DNA from: Dehalococcoidia bacterium
GTDB lineage: Bacteria; Chloroflexota; Dehalococcoidia; UBA2979
Assembly (NCBI GenBank): GCA_964291495.2
Contig: OZ219871.1
Coordinates: 672,001-736,000, forward strand
Length of the DNA stretch: 64,000 nt
Direction: 5' to 3'
Made by a program: the position numbers and the translations under genes. The notes below the pieces were generated by a model. That model did no database searches and was not told the origin of the DNA. It saw only the letters and a program-made list of their open reading frames with translations. Positions within the stretch are counted from its first letter, which is position 1; each line of letters starts with the position of its first letter. This document shows, in pieces, positions 46,428 through 55,821 of the stretch.

Positions 46428-47450
46428 CTACGACAGGCCGGCCTTCAGCAGGTCGAGCGTCTCGGCCGTGGGAACCTCGGTCGTGATCGGAAGCGTCACG
46501 CCCGCATCGAGGTACGCGCCCAGTCGCTCGCGCACCTCGTCGGGCTCGCCGACACAGCCCAGCGCCGCTACCGCCTCGTCGGGGATCAGCGTCGCCGCCT
46601 CCGCGTAGTCTTCGGCGGGCGCGGGCCATCCGCCGGGCGCCATCGCGCGCACGCGCTCCGCGAGCTCCGGATCAACCCCGGACGGCGACTCGACGTGAGG
46701 CTGCTGAGCGAGGAAGCGCGCGAAGTAGACCTTCTGCCGTTGCAGCGCCGCACGCTTGTCGCGCGTGACCAGCACGCGGACAGGCATCACCCGCTCGATC
46801 TCATCCAGCGAGCGGCCGGCCGCCTCGGCGCCTTCGGCGATCCGGGCAACGGCATCGCGGATCGCCTCGACCGGATGAGCCCCGTTGAGCACAACGCCGT
46901 CCGCGATGCGACCGGCCAGGCGCAGCATCTGCGGTCCGACCGCGCCGATGAAGATCTTGACGTCGTGGCCGCCGTCGCCCGGGTGGTCGAGGTAGGCGCG
47001 GTCCAGGTGAGCGTAGGTGCCGTCGTAGCTCGCCTCCTGGTCGCGCGGGAGGAGCAGCCGAAGCGCCTCGATCACCTCGCGCATCACGCGGATGGGCGCC
47101 TTGCGCTCGACCCCGACGCGCGTCGCCAGCGGATCCCACCACGCTCCGAGGCCGATCACGATCCGGCCCGGGGCCAGCATGTCGAGCGTCGCGGCCGTCT
47201 GGGCAATAAGCGCCGGATTCCGCGTCCAGACCGGGATCACCGAGCAGCCTACGCGAAGGCGCTCGGTTCCCGCGGCGAAGACGGCCATCGGCGTGATCGC
47301 ATCGGTCTCGAGCCCGGTCTCATAGACCCAGACCGAGTCCGCGCCGGCCGCCTCCATCGCCTGTGCGTGCTCGAGGTTGAGCCTGAGGTCGTGCCCGGTG
47401 AGCGTGACCCCGAAGGGAATGGGACCGCTGGACGAGACTGAAGACGGCAC
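46428..47450 (-). CDS. LLM-class oxidoreductase (Mer-like, possibly F420-dependent)
   Basis: DSVWVYE, TRNPALIAQTAATLD, GAVGPQMLRLAGRIADG; start at GTG 47450 after GGAGG. Confidence 0.88.
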   Translation of the reverse strand: MPSSVSSSGPIPFGVTLTGHDLRLNLEHAQAMEAAGADSVWVYETGLETDAITPMAVFAAGTERLRVGCSVIPVWTRNPALIAQTAATLDMLAPGRIVIGLGAWWDPLATRVGVERKAPIRVMREVIEALRLLLPRDQEASYDGTYAHLDRAYLDHPGDGGHDVKIFIGAVGPQMLRLAGRIADGVVLNGAHPVEAIRDAVARIAEGAEAAGRSLDEIERVMPVRVLVTRDKRAALQRQKVYFARFLAQQPHVESPSGVDPELAERVRAMAPGGWPAPAEDYAEAATLIPDEAVAALGCVGEPDEVRERLGAYLDAGVTLPITTEVPTAETLDLLKAGLS

Positions 47451-47495
47451 GCTCGTTCCTCCTGCCGGGGACAACCCCCAGGCTCTCGCTCGGTC

Positions 47496-47523
47496 ATTCT
47501 ATCGCCCGAAAGACGGGAGTCAA
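47496..47523 (-). promoter_or_regulatory. Promoter TTGACT-16-TAGAAT containing AmtR-like operator copy 5 (47496-47512)
   Basis: Minus strand reads TTGACTCCCGTCTTTCGGGCGATAGAAT upstream of the LLM gene. Confidence 0.82.
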
Positions 47524-47526
47524 CGG

Positions 47527-48396
47527 TCAGGACGCGTCGCCAGCCGGGTTGCGGCGCTCGAGGATCCCCTCCATCCGCGCGCGGATGGCCGCGTCGTACG
47601 TGTCGCCGTGCGTCAGGATGTAGAACCGCTCGTCGCGCACGGCCTCGACGACCTGCGCCGCGACGTCGGCAGGGTCCATGAACTCGATCTCGGGGACCGT
47701 CTCGCCGGCCGCGCCCCGCCGAACCAGCGGCGGACGAAGCGCTTCGCCTTCGCGGCCGGGGCGGTTGCGCTCGGCAACCCCGATGCGCGTGTCCACGGGG
47801 CCTGGGCAGAGCACGGACACCCCCACCGAGGCGCCCGCCAGCTGCCGGGCGAGCGTCTCCGAGAGCGCAACGACCGCGTGTTTTGTCGCCGTGTAGATCC
47901 CGTAGTGCTCACGCGTGAGGAGGCCCAGCTCCGAGCCGGTGTTGACCACGTGGCCCTCCTCCTGCTCGAGCAGGACCGGGACGAACGTGCGGATGCCATG
48001 CACGATGCCCCAGAGGTTCACGCCGAACACCCAGCTGAAGTCATCGCGGTCCTGCTCCCAGAGGCGCAGGCTGCGGCTGCCCTCGGGCGACGGTCGGTCG
48101 GAGTTGGCGATGACGCCGGCGTTGTTGCAGACGAGGTGGATCGCTCCGTACGCCTCGAGCGCCTCGTCGCGCAGTCGCTCGACTGCTGCCGCGTCGCTGA
48201 CGTCGGTGACGATGCCGATGGCGTCGCGTCCCTGTTCGAGCAGCTCGCGTACGGCGACATCGAGGGCCGGCGCCTCGACATCGGCGAGGACGACCCGCAT
48301 ACCCTCGACGGCACAGCGCCCGGCGAGGGCGCGACCGATGCCGCTGGCGGCCCCGGTCACGACGGCGACGCGTCCTTCGAACTGCTGCAACGTCAC
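47527..48396 (-). CDS. Short-chain dehydrogenase/reductase
   Basis: TGAASGIG, CNNAGV, YTATKHA; start is GTG 48396 or TTG 48390. Confidence 0.9.
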   Translation of the reverse strand: MTLQQFEGRVAVVTGAASGIGRALAGRCAVEGMRVVLADVEAPALDVAVRELLEQGRDAIGIVTDVSDAAAVERLRDEALEAYGAIHLVCNNAGVIANSDRPSPEGSRSLRLWEQDRDDFSWVFGVNLWGIVHGIRTFVPVLLEQEEGHVVNTGSELGLLTREHYGIYTATKHAVVALSETLARQLAGASVGVSVLCPGPVDTRIGVAERNRPGREGEALRPPLVRRGAAGETVPEIEFMDPADVAAQVVEAVRDERFYILTHGDTYDAAIRARMEGILERRNPAGDAS

Positions 48397-48579
48397 CCTC
48401 CGTCCCCTGCCGTCGCGCGCGAATCGCTGGCCGCGCGCGAGCATGGCCCTGCCGCTGCGCCGACGTGGGGCACGCCGGCGGGGCCACCTTCGACCTATCA
48501 TGGCGGGGCCTCAACGGGTTGTCATTTCCAACCGTGCGAGGGGCGTCGGCCCCGGAGCGGCCGAGGCGGGAGCACGAGC

Positions 48580-49986
48580 GTGGACGGCAACCTCGTGGGC
48601 CTGACCATCGCCGAGGCCAGCCGCCGCATCGACGACGGCGCGCTCTCGCCGAGCGAGCTGACCGAGGCCGCCTTCGCCCGCATCGAGGCAACCGACGGCG
48701 GCGAGCGCGGCATCAACGCCTTCGTACGCCTCATGCGCGCCTCGGCGGAAGCCGAGGCAGCCGCCGCCAGCGAGCGCGCCGCCGCCGGCAAGCGCCTTGG
48801 GCCGCTGGACGGCATTCCGCTGGCGGTGAAGGATGTCTTCGACACCGCGGGCGTGGTCACCAACGCCGGTTCCGGCGCCTTCCTCGACCGCGTGCCGGCG
48901 CGGGATGCGACTGCGGTCGCGCGGTTGCGCGAGGCGGGCGCGGTGCTGCTCGGCAAGACGAACACGGACGAGTTCGCGATGGGCGGGACCTGCAACAACT
49001 ACTGGCACGGCCCGACTCGCAACCCCTGGAACCTCGACCGCGTGCCCGGCGGATCATCGGGTGGCACGGCCGCCGCGATCGCGGGCGGACAGGCGCGGGG
49101 CGGGCTCGGCACGGACAGCGGCGGCTCGATTCGCATCCCCGCCGCGTTCTGCGGCGTCAGCGGCTACAAGCCGACCTACGGGCTCGTGGGGCGCGGTGGC
49201 ATCGCGCCGATCCCGGCCAGCATCGACCACGCCGGCCCGCTCGCCCGGACCGCCGAGGACTGCGCCTTGCTGCTCAACGTGCTGCAGGGCGCCGACCCCC
49301 GTGACCTCGACTCCGTCGCCCGTCCCGCGGAGGACTTCACCGCCGACCTCGGCGCGGGCGTCGCGGGCCTCACGCTCGGCGTGATCCCCTCGCTGCTCGA
49401 GGGGTCGCAGGATGCCGTGCTGGAGAACTTCGCGGCGTCCCTCGAGGTGCTGCGTGACCTCGGCGCCACGATCGTCCAGGTCGAGCCGCTGGAAGACGAG
49501 GACGACTGGCGCGGCCTGGCATACTCGATCTTCCGCCCCGAACTGGCTAGCGGCCTCGAGCAGATCGTGCGCGAGCGCCCCGAGGCCGTGTCCGAGCCGA
49601 TGCGCTCGCGGCTCCTCGCCGGCCTCGAGACGCCGGCGATCGCGTTGGTGCGGGCGCTTGAGCAGCGCAAGCTCGTCGAGGCGCGCTTCGAGGCCGCCCT
49701 CGACGGCATCGACGCCTACCTCGGCCCCACCTCGCCGCTGGTGGCCGAGCCGATCGGTGACGACCCGCAGGTGGTCACCGAGAACGCCGACCTCAAGTTC
49801 CGCAACGCACTCACCTTCGACCTGTCGCACCAACCCTCGATCAGTGTGCCCAACGGGCGCGATGCCGAGGGCCTGCCCACCGGCCTGATGATCAGCGGCG
49901 CACTCTTCGCGGATGCGCTCGTGCTGCGCATCGCGCACGCCTACCAGCGCGCGACCGACTTCCACGAGCAGACCCCCGCGCTGTAA
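48580..49986 (+). CDS. Amidase signature family enzyme
   Basis: GIPLAVKD, GGSSGG, GTDSGGSIRIPA (Lys-cisSer-Ser triad); start at GTG 48580. Confidence 0.93.
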   Translation: MDGNLVGLTIAEASRRIDDGALSPSELTEAAFARIEATDGGERGINAFVRLMRASAEAEAAAASERAAAGKRLGPLDGIPLAVKDVFDTAGVVTNAGSGAFLDRVPARDATAVARLREAGAVLLGKTNTDEFAMGGTCNNYWHGPTRNPWNLDRVPGGSSGGTAAAIAGGQARGGLGTDSGGSIRIPAAFCGVSGYKPTYGLVGRGGIAPIPASIDHAGPLARTAEDCALLLNVLQGADPRDLDSVARPAEDFTADLGAGVAGLTLGVIPSLLEGSQDAVLENFAASLEVLRDLGATIVQVEPLEDEDDWRGLAYSIFRPELASGLEQIVRERPEAVSEPMRSRLLAGLETPAIALVRALEQRKLVEARFEAALDGIDAYLGPTSPLVAEPIGDDPQVVTENADLKFRNALTFDLSHQPSISVPNGRDAEGLPTGLMISGALFADALVLRIAHAYQRATDFHEQTPAL

Positions 49987-49995
49987 GCAGCGCGT

Positions 49996-50275
49996 TCCCT
50001 CTCCCCTCGCGGGAGAGGGGATCAGAGGGAGGGCCCGTCCGGTCCCCTCTCCCCGCGGGAGAGGGCGGAGGGTGAGGGAGCCGCCGGGCGACGTTGCGCC
50101 AGCGGGGCCTGTTGCGCCAGCGGCGCTCTCGGGGGCTCGGCGGTGGGTCGGTGTGCCTGGATTCCGGCTTTCGCCGGAATGACGGTTCTGCAAGGGTCTC
50201 CCGAGGGAGAGGACGGACGGCGAGGGGGAATCCGGCTCCCTCTCCCCTCGCGGGAGAGGGCGGGGGGTGAGGGGG
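49996..50275. repeat. Cluster of REP-like palindromes and an inverted GTCATTCCGGCGAAAGCCGGAATCCAGG element
   Basis: Three CCCTCTCCC...GGGAGAGGG hairpins plus CCTGGATTCCGGCTTTCGCCGGAATGACGGTTCTGCAAGGGTCTC. Confidence 0.75.
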
Positions 50276-50360
50276 CCGCCGCGCCGGGGCGCGGCGTTCG
50301 AGCGCACGCGAGAGTTCCGAGGGCGCGCGCGACCGTGACGAACGGTCCGGCCCGGCGGTA

Positions 50361-51590
50361 TTAGCTGCGCGGCAGTCCGAGTCCCCGAGTGGCGATGATG
50401 TTGCGCTGGATCTCCGAGGTGCCACCGCCGATGGTCGCCACGACCGTCTGCAGGTAGCGCCGCGGGAAGACCGCCTGCATCGGTGCGCGATCGTGCTCGG
50501 CATCCCAGATGTTGGAGTAGAGACCGAACACCTTCATGCCCGTGCGCGCGAGCCGCTGCAGGCTCTCCGAGATGAACATCTTGGCCACCGAGGCCTCGTA
50601 GTTCGGGATCTGGTCCGCGTTCTGCAGCGTGATGATGCGCCGCGAGAAGTTCACCCCGACCTCAGCCTCGAGACACCGCTCGGCGATGTCGTGCCGCGCG
50701 GCCGGAGTCAGCTTCGCCTGTTGCCGGCTCCGCTCCGAGCCTGCGTACGCGATCAGGCGCTGGAGGTCGCGCTGCAGCGCGACCGCGCCGCTGATGTTGG
50801 AGCGCTCGAAGTCGAGCAGCGTGACGCCCACGTACCAGCCACGGTTGACCTCGCCGACGACGTTGGACGCAGGCGTGCGCACGTCCTCGAAGAACGTCTC
50901 GTTCACGCCGTGCTGCCACGCCATGTCGATCAGCGGGCGCACCGAGAGGCCGGGCGTGTTGATGTCGTCGACCAGCAGGAACGAGATCCCGCGGTGCTTC
51001 GGCGCCTCGGGGTCGGTGCGCACGAGCACGAAGATTGCGTCGGCGTGGTGGGCGTTCGTGGTCCAGATCTTCTGCCCGCTGATCACCCACTCGTCGCCAT
51101 CGCGCACGGCGCGCGTCTGCAGCGAGGCGAGGTCGGACCCCGCCCCCGGCTCCGAGTAGCCCTGCACCCACGCCGTCTCGCCGGAGAGGATCTTCGGCAG
51201 GTACTTCGCCCGCTGCTCCTCGGTGCCGTAGACGATGATCGTCGGGCCAAGGTAGGCCGTGCCGTCGCCGCCGAGGTCCAGGGGGGTCCCCGCCAGCGCC
51301 ATCTCCTGCTTGAGGATGAACTGCTCGTTCGGTGAGAGCCCGGCGCCCCCGTACTTCCGAGGCCAGTGCGGCGCGAACCAGCCCCGCTCCGCGACCGCCT
51401 CGCCCCAGGCATCGGCTGCCTCGCGACGCTCGGGGTCGTCGGAGTTGCGGTCGGCGACCCAGCCGTGGTGGTAGGTGACGGCGCGGTCGTCCTCGGCCAG
51501 CCGCCGGTAGTAGTCGGGGAGCCGATCACGCAGCAATTCGCGTACCTGCTCGCGGAACCCGGCCTGCTCGGCCGTGTCATCCCAGTCCAT
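50361..51590 (-). CDS. Acyl-CoA dehydrogenase (paralogue of 41263-42486)
   Basis: YSEPGAGSDLASL, GQKIWT, TIGGGTSEIQRNII. Confidence 0.93.
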   Translation of the reverse strand: MDWDDTAEQAGFREQVRELLRDRLPDYYRRLAEDDRAVTYHHGWVADRNSDDPERREAADAWGEAVAERGWFAPHWPRKYGGAGLSPNEQFILKQEMALAGTPLDLGGDGTAYLGPTIIVYGTEEQRAKYLPKILSGETAWVQGYSEPGAGSDLASLQTRAVRDGDEWVISGQKIWTTNAHHADAIFVLVRTDPEAPKHRGISFLLVDDINTPGLSVRPLIDMAWQHGVNETFFEDVRTPASNVVGEVNRGWYVGVTLLDFERSNISGAVALQRDLQRLIAYAGSERSRQQAKLTPAARHDIAERCLEAEVGVNFSRRIITLQNADQIPNYEASVAKMFISESLQRLARTGMKVFGLYSNIWDAEHDRAPMQAVFPRRYLQTVVATIGGGTSEIQRNIIATRGLGLPRS

Positions 51591-51675
51591 CGGCTACTCT
51601 CCCTGCGGTCGCGCCGCAGCCGGCGACAGCGAGACCGATCCCGTGTGGAGGACCGGCTCGCGGCTTACTGATCGA

Positions 51676-52521
51676 TCAGGTGAGCCCCAGCAGCTGCGCG
51701 GCGTTTCCGCCAAGCCACTTCTCGGTGACCTCGGGCTTGAGCGGAAGCTCGCGCAACTCACCGACCGCCCGATCGAACGGGACCATGCTGTTGGTCGCAA
51801 ACAGTACCTGGTTCTGCAGCAACGAATTGCCGAACTGCAGCAGCGTCTCCCAGCCCGAGCCGGGAGTCCCAATGTACTTCGGCGCCACCGCCCCGATCTC
51901 GATGTAGACGGTGCTGTGCTTCCATGCGATCGCGACCAGCTCGTTCACCCACGGCCATCCTCCGTGGTTCGCGACGATCGTCAGCTCCGGGAAGTCGCAG
52001 GCGATCTCGCACAGGTAGAGCGGCCGCCCGAACTCGATCGACCGGTTGTTCGAGAAGTTGATCGAGGCGTGGATCGTGACCGGCACGCCGAGTTCCTGGC
52101 ACTTCTGGTACAGCGGGTAGAAGCGCTTGTCGTTGGCCTTCAGGCGGTACGCGAAGGGCTGCAGGTTCACGCCCCGCATGCCTCGTTCGGTGATTTCGCG
52201 CTCCACGACGGCGACCATGTCGTCGTCCGTGCCGGGATTGACGGTGCAGTAGCCCGTGAAGCGCTCGGGATACTCGCGGACGACGTCGACCACCTCGTTG
52301 TTGAGCGCCCGATAGTCGCCCGAGGACCACTCCGCCTGCAGCACCGCATGGTCGACACCCGCCGCATCCATCGCGGCCACCAGGGCCTCCGGGGTGGAGC
52401 CACCTCCCAGATCGCTCGCGTAGACACGACGGTAGGTGGTCAGGTAGCTCCTGTCCTCGTCGTCTTCGCCCTCAGGTCGCCGCGCCAGCGACGGAGCGTC
52501 CACGCGAAAGTCGATGATCAC
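51676..52521 (-). CDS. Amidohydrolase_2 family protein (close paralogue of 13326-14168)
   Basis: Near-identical C-terminal two-thirds; VLFATN in place of VLFATD. Confidence 0.9.
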   Translation of the reverse strand: MIIDFRVDAPSLARRPEGEDDEDRSYLTTYRRVYASDLGGGSTPEALVAAMDAAGVDHAVLQAEWSSGDYRALNNEVVDVVREYPERFTGYCTVNPGTDDDMVAVVEREITERGMRGVNLQPFAYRLKANDKRFYPLYQKCQELGVPVTIHASINFSNNRSIEFGRPLYLCEIACDFPELTIVANHGGWPWVNELVAIAWKHSTVYIEIGAVAPKYIGTPGSGWETLLQFGNSLLQNQVLFATNSMVPFDRAVGELRELPLKPEVTEKWLGGNAAQLLGLT

Positions 52522-52603
52522 CCGGCCACCCTCCCCAAGATTCGTCGCCTGGACGCGGCGGGCCAGCCACGCACGTAGCCGGGACGCTCTTGCAGGCGGT
52601 CTG

Positions 52604-52631
52604 ATTCTATCGCCCGAAAGATCGGCGTCAA
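52604..52631 (-). promoter_or_regulatory. Promoter TTGACG-16-TAGAAT containing AmtR-like operator copy 6 (52604-52620)
   Basis: Minus strand reads TTGACGCCGATCTTTCGGGCGATAGAAT upstream of the amidohydrolase gene. Confidence 0.82.
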
Positions 52632-52681
52632 TCCTGTCGCCACCGGTGCCGCGGTCCGAAGTCCGGCCGGCCCAGGGCGCT

Positions 52682-53620
52682 CTAGCCGACCGGCGGCAGC
52701 CCCTCGCCGAGCCGCACCTCGTTGATGGTCTCCAGCACGCGCTGGCGGAACGGAGCGTACTGGAGCTCGAACTCCTCGATGAGGCGCGAGTTGTCCACCA
52801 GGTAGATGCCAGACTGCTCGCGTCCGCCTTCGTCCGCGCCGAACGTGATCTCCGCCTCGGGCAGGAACTCGCGCACGACAGCCGCGAGGTCGCCGATGCT
52901 CATCGAGTGCCCGCCCGAGTTGTAGATGGAGTGGGCCGTCTCCTCGGCGAGCGTCACGCGCAGGAACGCCTCGGCCATGTCCTCGACGTGGAGCGGCAGC
53001 GTCATCGTGTCGCGGTAGGGGAAGTGGACGGGCTCGTTGCGCGCCGGCAGCACCTGGCAGAGCACATGATTCGTCGAGCCGCGCACCTTGTCGGGGCCGG
53101 TGATGTTCGCCGGGCGCACGCCGGTGATCGCCATGTCGTACGCGCGGTTGTACCAGTCCGCCTGGTGCTCGTTGAAGATCTTGGAGACGGCGTAAAGCCT
53201 GGTTCCGAGCCGCTGGTCATCCTCGTTCACAACGCGCTCGCCGTACATCCGCTGCGGGCCGTAGACCGCGATCGAGCTCGCGTAGACCACCCGCCGGATG
53301 CCGAGGATGCGCGCGGCCTCGAAGCAGTTGTCCATCCCGAGGACGTTGACGCGAACCTGCGGGTGCGGGTCGTCCTCCGTCGCGCCGAGGATGTAGGCAA
53401 GGTTGAGGATGCGGTCGGGCTTGCTGAGCGCGAGCACCTCGATGACGTCGTCCATCAGCGTGATGTCGCCGCGCGTGATCGTGACCCGGTCGCGCAGCGG
53501 GTCGAGCGAGGGCGCCTCGGGGGCGATGTCCATGCAGTGGACCTCGTGCCCGTGCTCGACGAGCTTGCGCATCACGCGCGGCCCGATGAAGCCGCTTCCG
53601 CCCAGTACCGCAACACGCAT
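52682..53620 (-). CDS. NAD-dependent epimerase/dehydratase (extended SDR)
   Basis: GGSGFIG, ASSIAVYG, YAVSK. Confidence 0.9.
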   Translation of the reverse strand: MRVAVLGGSGFIGPRVMRKLVEHGHEVHCMDIAPEAPSLDPLRDRVTITRGDITLMDDVIEVLALSKPDRILNLAYILGATEDDPHPQVRVNVLGMDNCFEAARILGIRRVVYASSIAVYGPQRMYGERVVNEDDQRLGTRLYAVSKIFNEHQADWYNRAYDMAITGVRPANITGPDKVRGSTNHVLCQVLPARNEPVHFPYRDTMTLPLHVEDMAEAFLRVTLAEETAHSIYNSGGHSMSIGDLAAVVREFLPEAEITFGADEGGREQSGIYLVDNSRLIEEFELQYAPFRQRVLETINEVRLGEGLPPVG

Positions 53621-53760
53621 TCCGCCCGCACCTTCCGCTTCGTGGCGGCTCGCCGCCGCTAATCTAGCGCCTCCGGCCGATCCGCTGCGAGGGACGCGGC
53701 TCCCCCTGGCCCCGAGGGTTTACCCTCACGCCGCAGACCGACGAACCGAAGGAGCGGACG

Positions 53761-54804
53761 ATGCCCCGCCTGCAAGCTGACCGGATTGAGAAGATCGCCG
53801 CCGACCTGCTGCACGGGGCGGGCGCACCCGCCGAGGAGGCCGCGATCGTCGCGAGGCACAGCGTGGCGGCGAACCTCGCCGGTCACGACAGCCACGGCAT
53901 CATCCAGATCCCGACCTACATCGGCCGGATCGAGCAGGGCCACATCGTGCCGGGCGCTCCGATCGACATCGTCTCCGAGACCGCGACCACGACGGTGATC
54001 GACGGCAACTGGGGCTTCGGCTACGTCGTCAGCGAGGAGGCGATGAAGCGCACGATCGCAAAGGCCGAGGAGCACAACGTCGCGGCGGCCACCGTCTACC
54101 GGCAGGGCCACGTCGGACGGGTGGCGGACTATCCGTTGATGGCTGCGGCGCAGGGGATGATCGGCCTGATGACCGCGGACTCCGGTCGCGGACCGAAGGC
54201 GGTCGCGCCCTTCGGCGGACGGGTCGCCCGCCTCGGCACGAACCCGATCTCGATCGCGGTGCCCTCGGACCTCGAGGGACCGCTCTACTTCGACATGGCC
54301 ACCGCGGCGGCGGCGGGCGGGAAGATCAGGCTCGCCCGGGCGCGCGAGCAGCAGGTGCCGCCCGGCTGGCTGATCGACGCCGAGGGACGCGCGACGACGG
54401 ACCCGGCCGCGCTCGATCAGGGCGGCGCGCTGCTGCCGCTCGGCGCGGACGTCGGCTTCAAGGGCACCGCCCTCTCGGTCATGGTCGAGATCCTCTCGGC
54501 GCTGCTGACCGGCCTCGGCTTCGGCGTCGAGCCGACGGGCAGGCACAACGACGGCTGCTTCATCGCGGTCTTCAAGGTCGCCGCGTTCCGCGATCTGCCC
54601 ACCTTCAGGCGCGAGGTGGCCGAGTTCGCGCAATACCTCAAGGAGACGCCTCCCGCGGAGGGGTTCAGCGAGGTGTTCTATCCGGGTGAGTTGGAGCACC
54701 TGCGCCGTGTCGAGCGTTTGCGCGACGGCGTCGACGTGGAGGACGCCACGTGGTCACGGCTGCTCGCGCTGGGCGAGAAGTACGGGGTGCACGTCGCCGC
54801 CTGA
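53761..54804 (+). CDS. Ldh2/Mdh2 family oxidoreductase (AllD/ComC-like)
   Basis: GHDSHG, IDGNWGFG, GHVGR, LGTNPI, DMAT, YPGE. Confidence 0.9.
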   Translation: MPRLQADRIEKIAADLLHGAGAPAEEAAIVARHSVAANLAGHDSHGIIQIPTYIGRIEQGHIVPGAPIDIVSETATTTVIDGNWGFGYVVSEEAMKRTIAKAEEHNVAAATVYRQGHVGRVADYPLMAAAQGMIGLMTADSGRGPKAVAPFGGRVARLGTNPISIAVPSDLEGPLYFDMATAAAAGGKIRLARAREQQVPPGWLIDAEGRATTDPAALDQGGALLPLGADVGFKGTALSVMVEILSALLTGLGFGVEPTGRHNDGCFIAVFKVAAFRDLPTFRREVAEFAQYLKETPPAEGFSEVFYPGELEHLRRVERLRDGVDVEDATWSRLLALGEKYGVHVAA

Positions 54805-54841
54805 CGGCGGCGCACGGCAGCGACGAAGGGCAGCCCTCGCA

Positions 54842-55561
54842 ATGTCCGACCAGGCCAGAGCCGAACTCGCGCCCGGCGGCGTGCTGCGCGCGGGGATCAA
54901 CATGGCGAACGCGCTCCTCGTCACCGGCCGCACCGAGGACGGAGACCCCGACGGCGTCTCGCCCGACGTGGCCCGCGCCATTGCCGAGCGCCTCGGCGTG
55001 CCGCTGCAGCTCGTCCCGTTCGACTCGCCCGGTGAGCTCGCCGACGCCGTCGGCGCTGATGCCTGGGACATCGGCCTGATCGGCGCCGAGCCGCAGCGCG
55101 CGGAGAAGATCGAGTTCACGGCGGCGTACGCGGAGATCGAGGCGACGTACCTCGTCCCCGCCGGCTCGCCGATCACGACGATCGAGGAGGTCGATCGGCC
55201 GGGCGTGCGCATCGCCGCTCCGGGACGGAGCGCCTACGGCCTGTGGCTGGATCGCAACATCGAGCACGCCACCCTGGTCCGCTCGGCCAGCGGGCCGGAC
55301 GCGTTCGAGCGGTTCGTCGCCGAGCAGCTGGACGCGCTGGCCGGACTTCGCTCCGGCCTCGTCGAGCTCGCGGATGAGCTTCCCGGCGCGCGCGTCCTCG
55401 ATGGCCGCTTTGCCACCGTGCAGCAGGCCGTCGGCACGGCGAAGGCCAATCGCGCCGGCGCGGCCTTCCTGCAGAGCTTCGTCGAGGAAGCCCGGGCATC
55501 CGGCCTCGTCACGACCCTGATCGCCAAACACAACGTCGAGGACAAACTCAGCGCGGCATGA
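54842..55561 (+). CDS. Family 3 (polar amino acid type) substrate-binding-domain protein, no signal peptide visible
   Basis: ELAPGGVLRAGIN, GVSPD, EVDRPGVRIA; start at ATG 54842. Confidence 0.8.
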   Translation: MSDQARAELAPGGVLRAGINMANALLVTGRTEDGDPDGVSPDVARAIAERLGVPLQLVPFDSPGELADAVGADAWDIGLIGAEPQRAEKIEFTAAYAEIEATYLVPAGSPITTIEEVDRPGVRIAAPGRSAYGLWLDRNIEHATLVRSASGPDAFERFVAEQLDALAGLRSGLVELADELPGARVLDGRFATVQQAVGTAKANRAGAAFLQSFVEEARASGLVTTLIAKHNVEDKLSAA

Positions 55562-55580
55562 CCGCGCGCGTCCGGCCCTC

Positions 55581-55623
55581 CCTCCGGCCCCCTCTCCTGG
55601 GGGAGAGGGCGGGGGTGAGGGGG
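55581..55623. repeat. REP-like palindromic element
   Basis: 55581-55617 is the reverse complement of 38310-38346. Confidence 0.75.
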
Positions 55624-55821
55624 CTCGCCGGCCTGAGTACCAGCTCGATTGATTGGTGCGCCCTCGAAAGCCCCAAGCGGGGGTGCCGGGCGCAGCCCCC
55701 CACGGAGGGCGGATGAGTGGGCCGGACTGCCCTCGGAGTCGGGCGGCGTCCGCAGTGTGAGATGCTGCGGTCCGCTCAACGCGTAGGCTTGAGGCCGAAG
55801 TCGCCGGGACGGAGGTAACGC

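Noticed and set aside
47377-48579. N-terminal extensions implying fusions (amidase 869 aa, racemase 564 aa, hydrolase 520 aa, MaoC 593 aa, DUF1800 626 aa)
   Set aside because: The extensions overlap other real genes; internal starts with an RBS give normal-length proteins.
2267-52620. Recurrent identical 17-mer as a CRISPR repeat or IS terminal repeat
   Set aside because: Copies are 5-16 kb apart, in both orientations and always at promoters; there are no spacers, cas genes or transposase.
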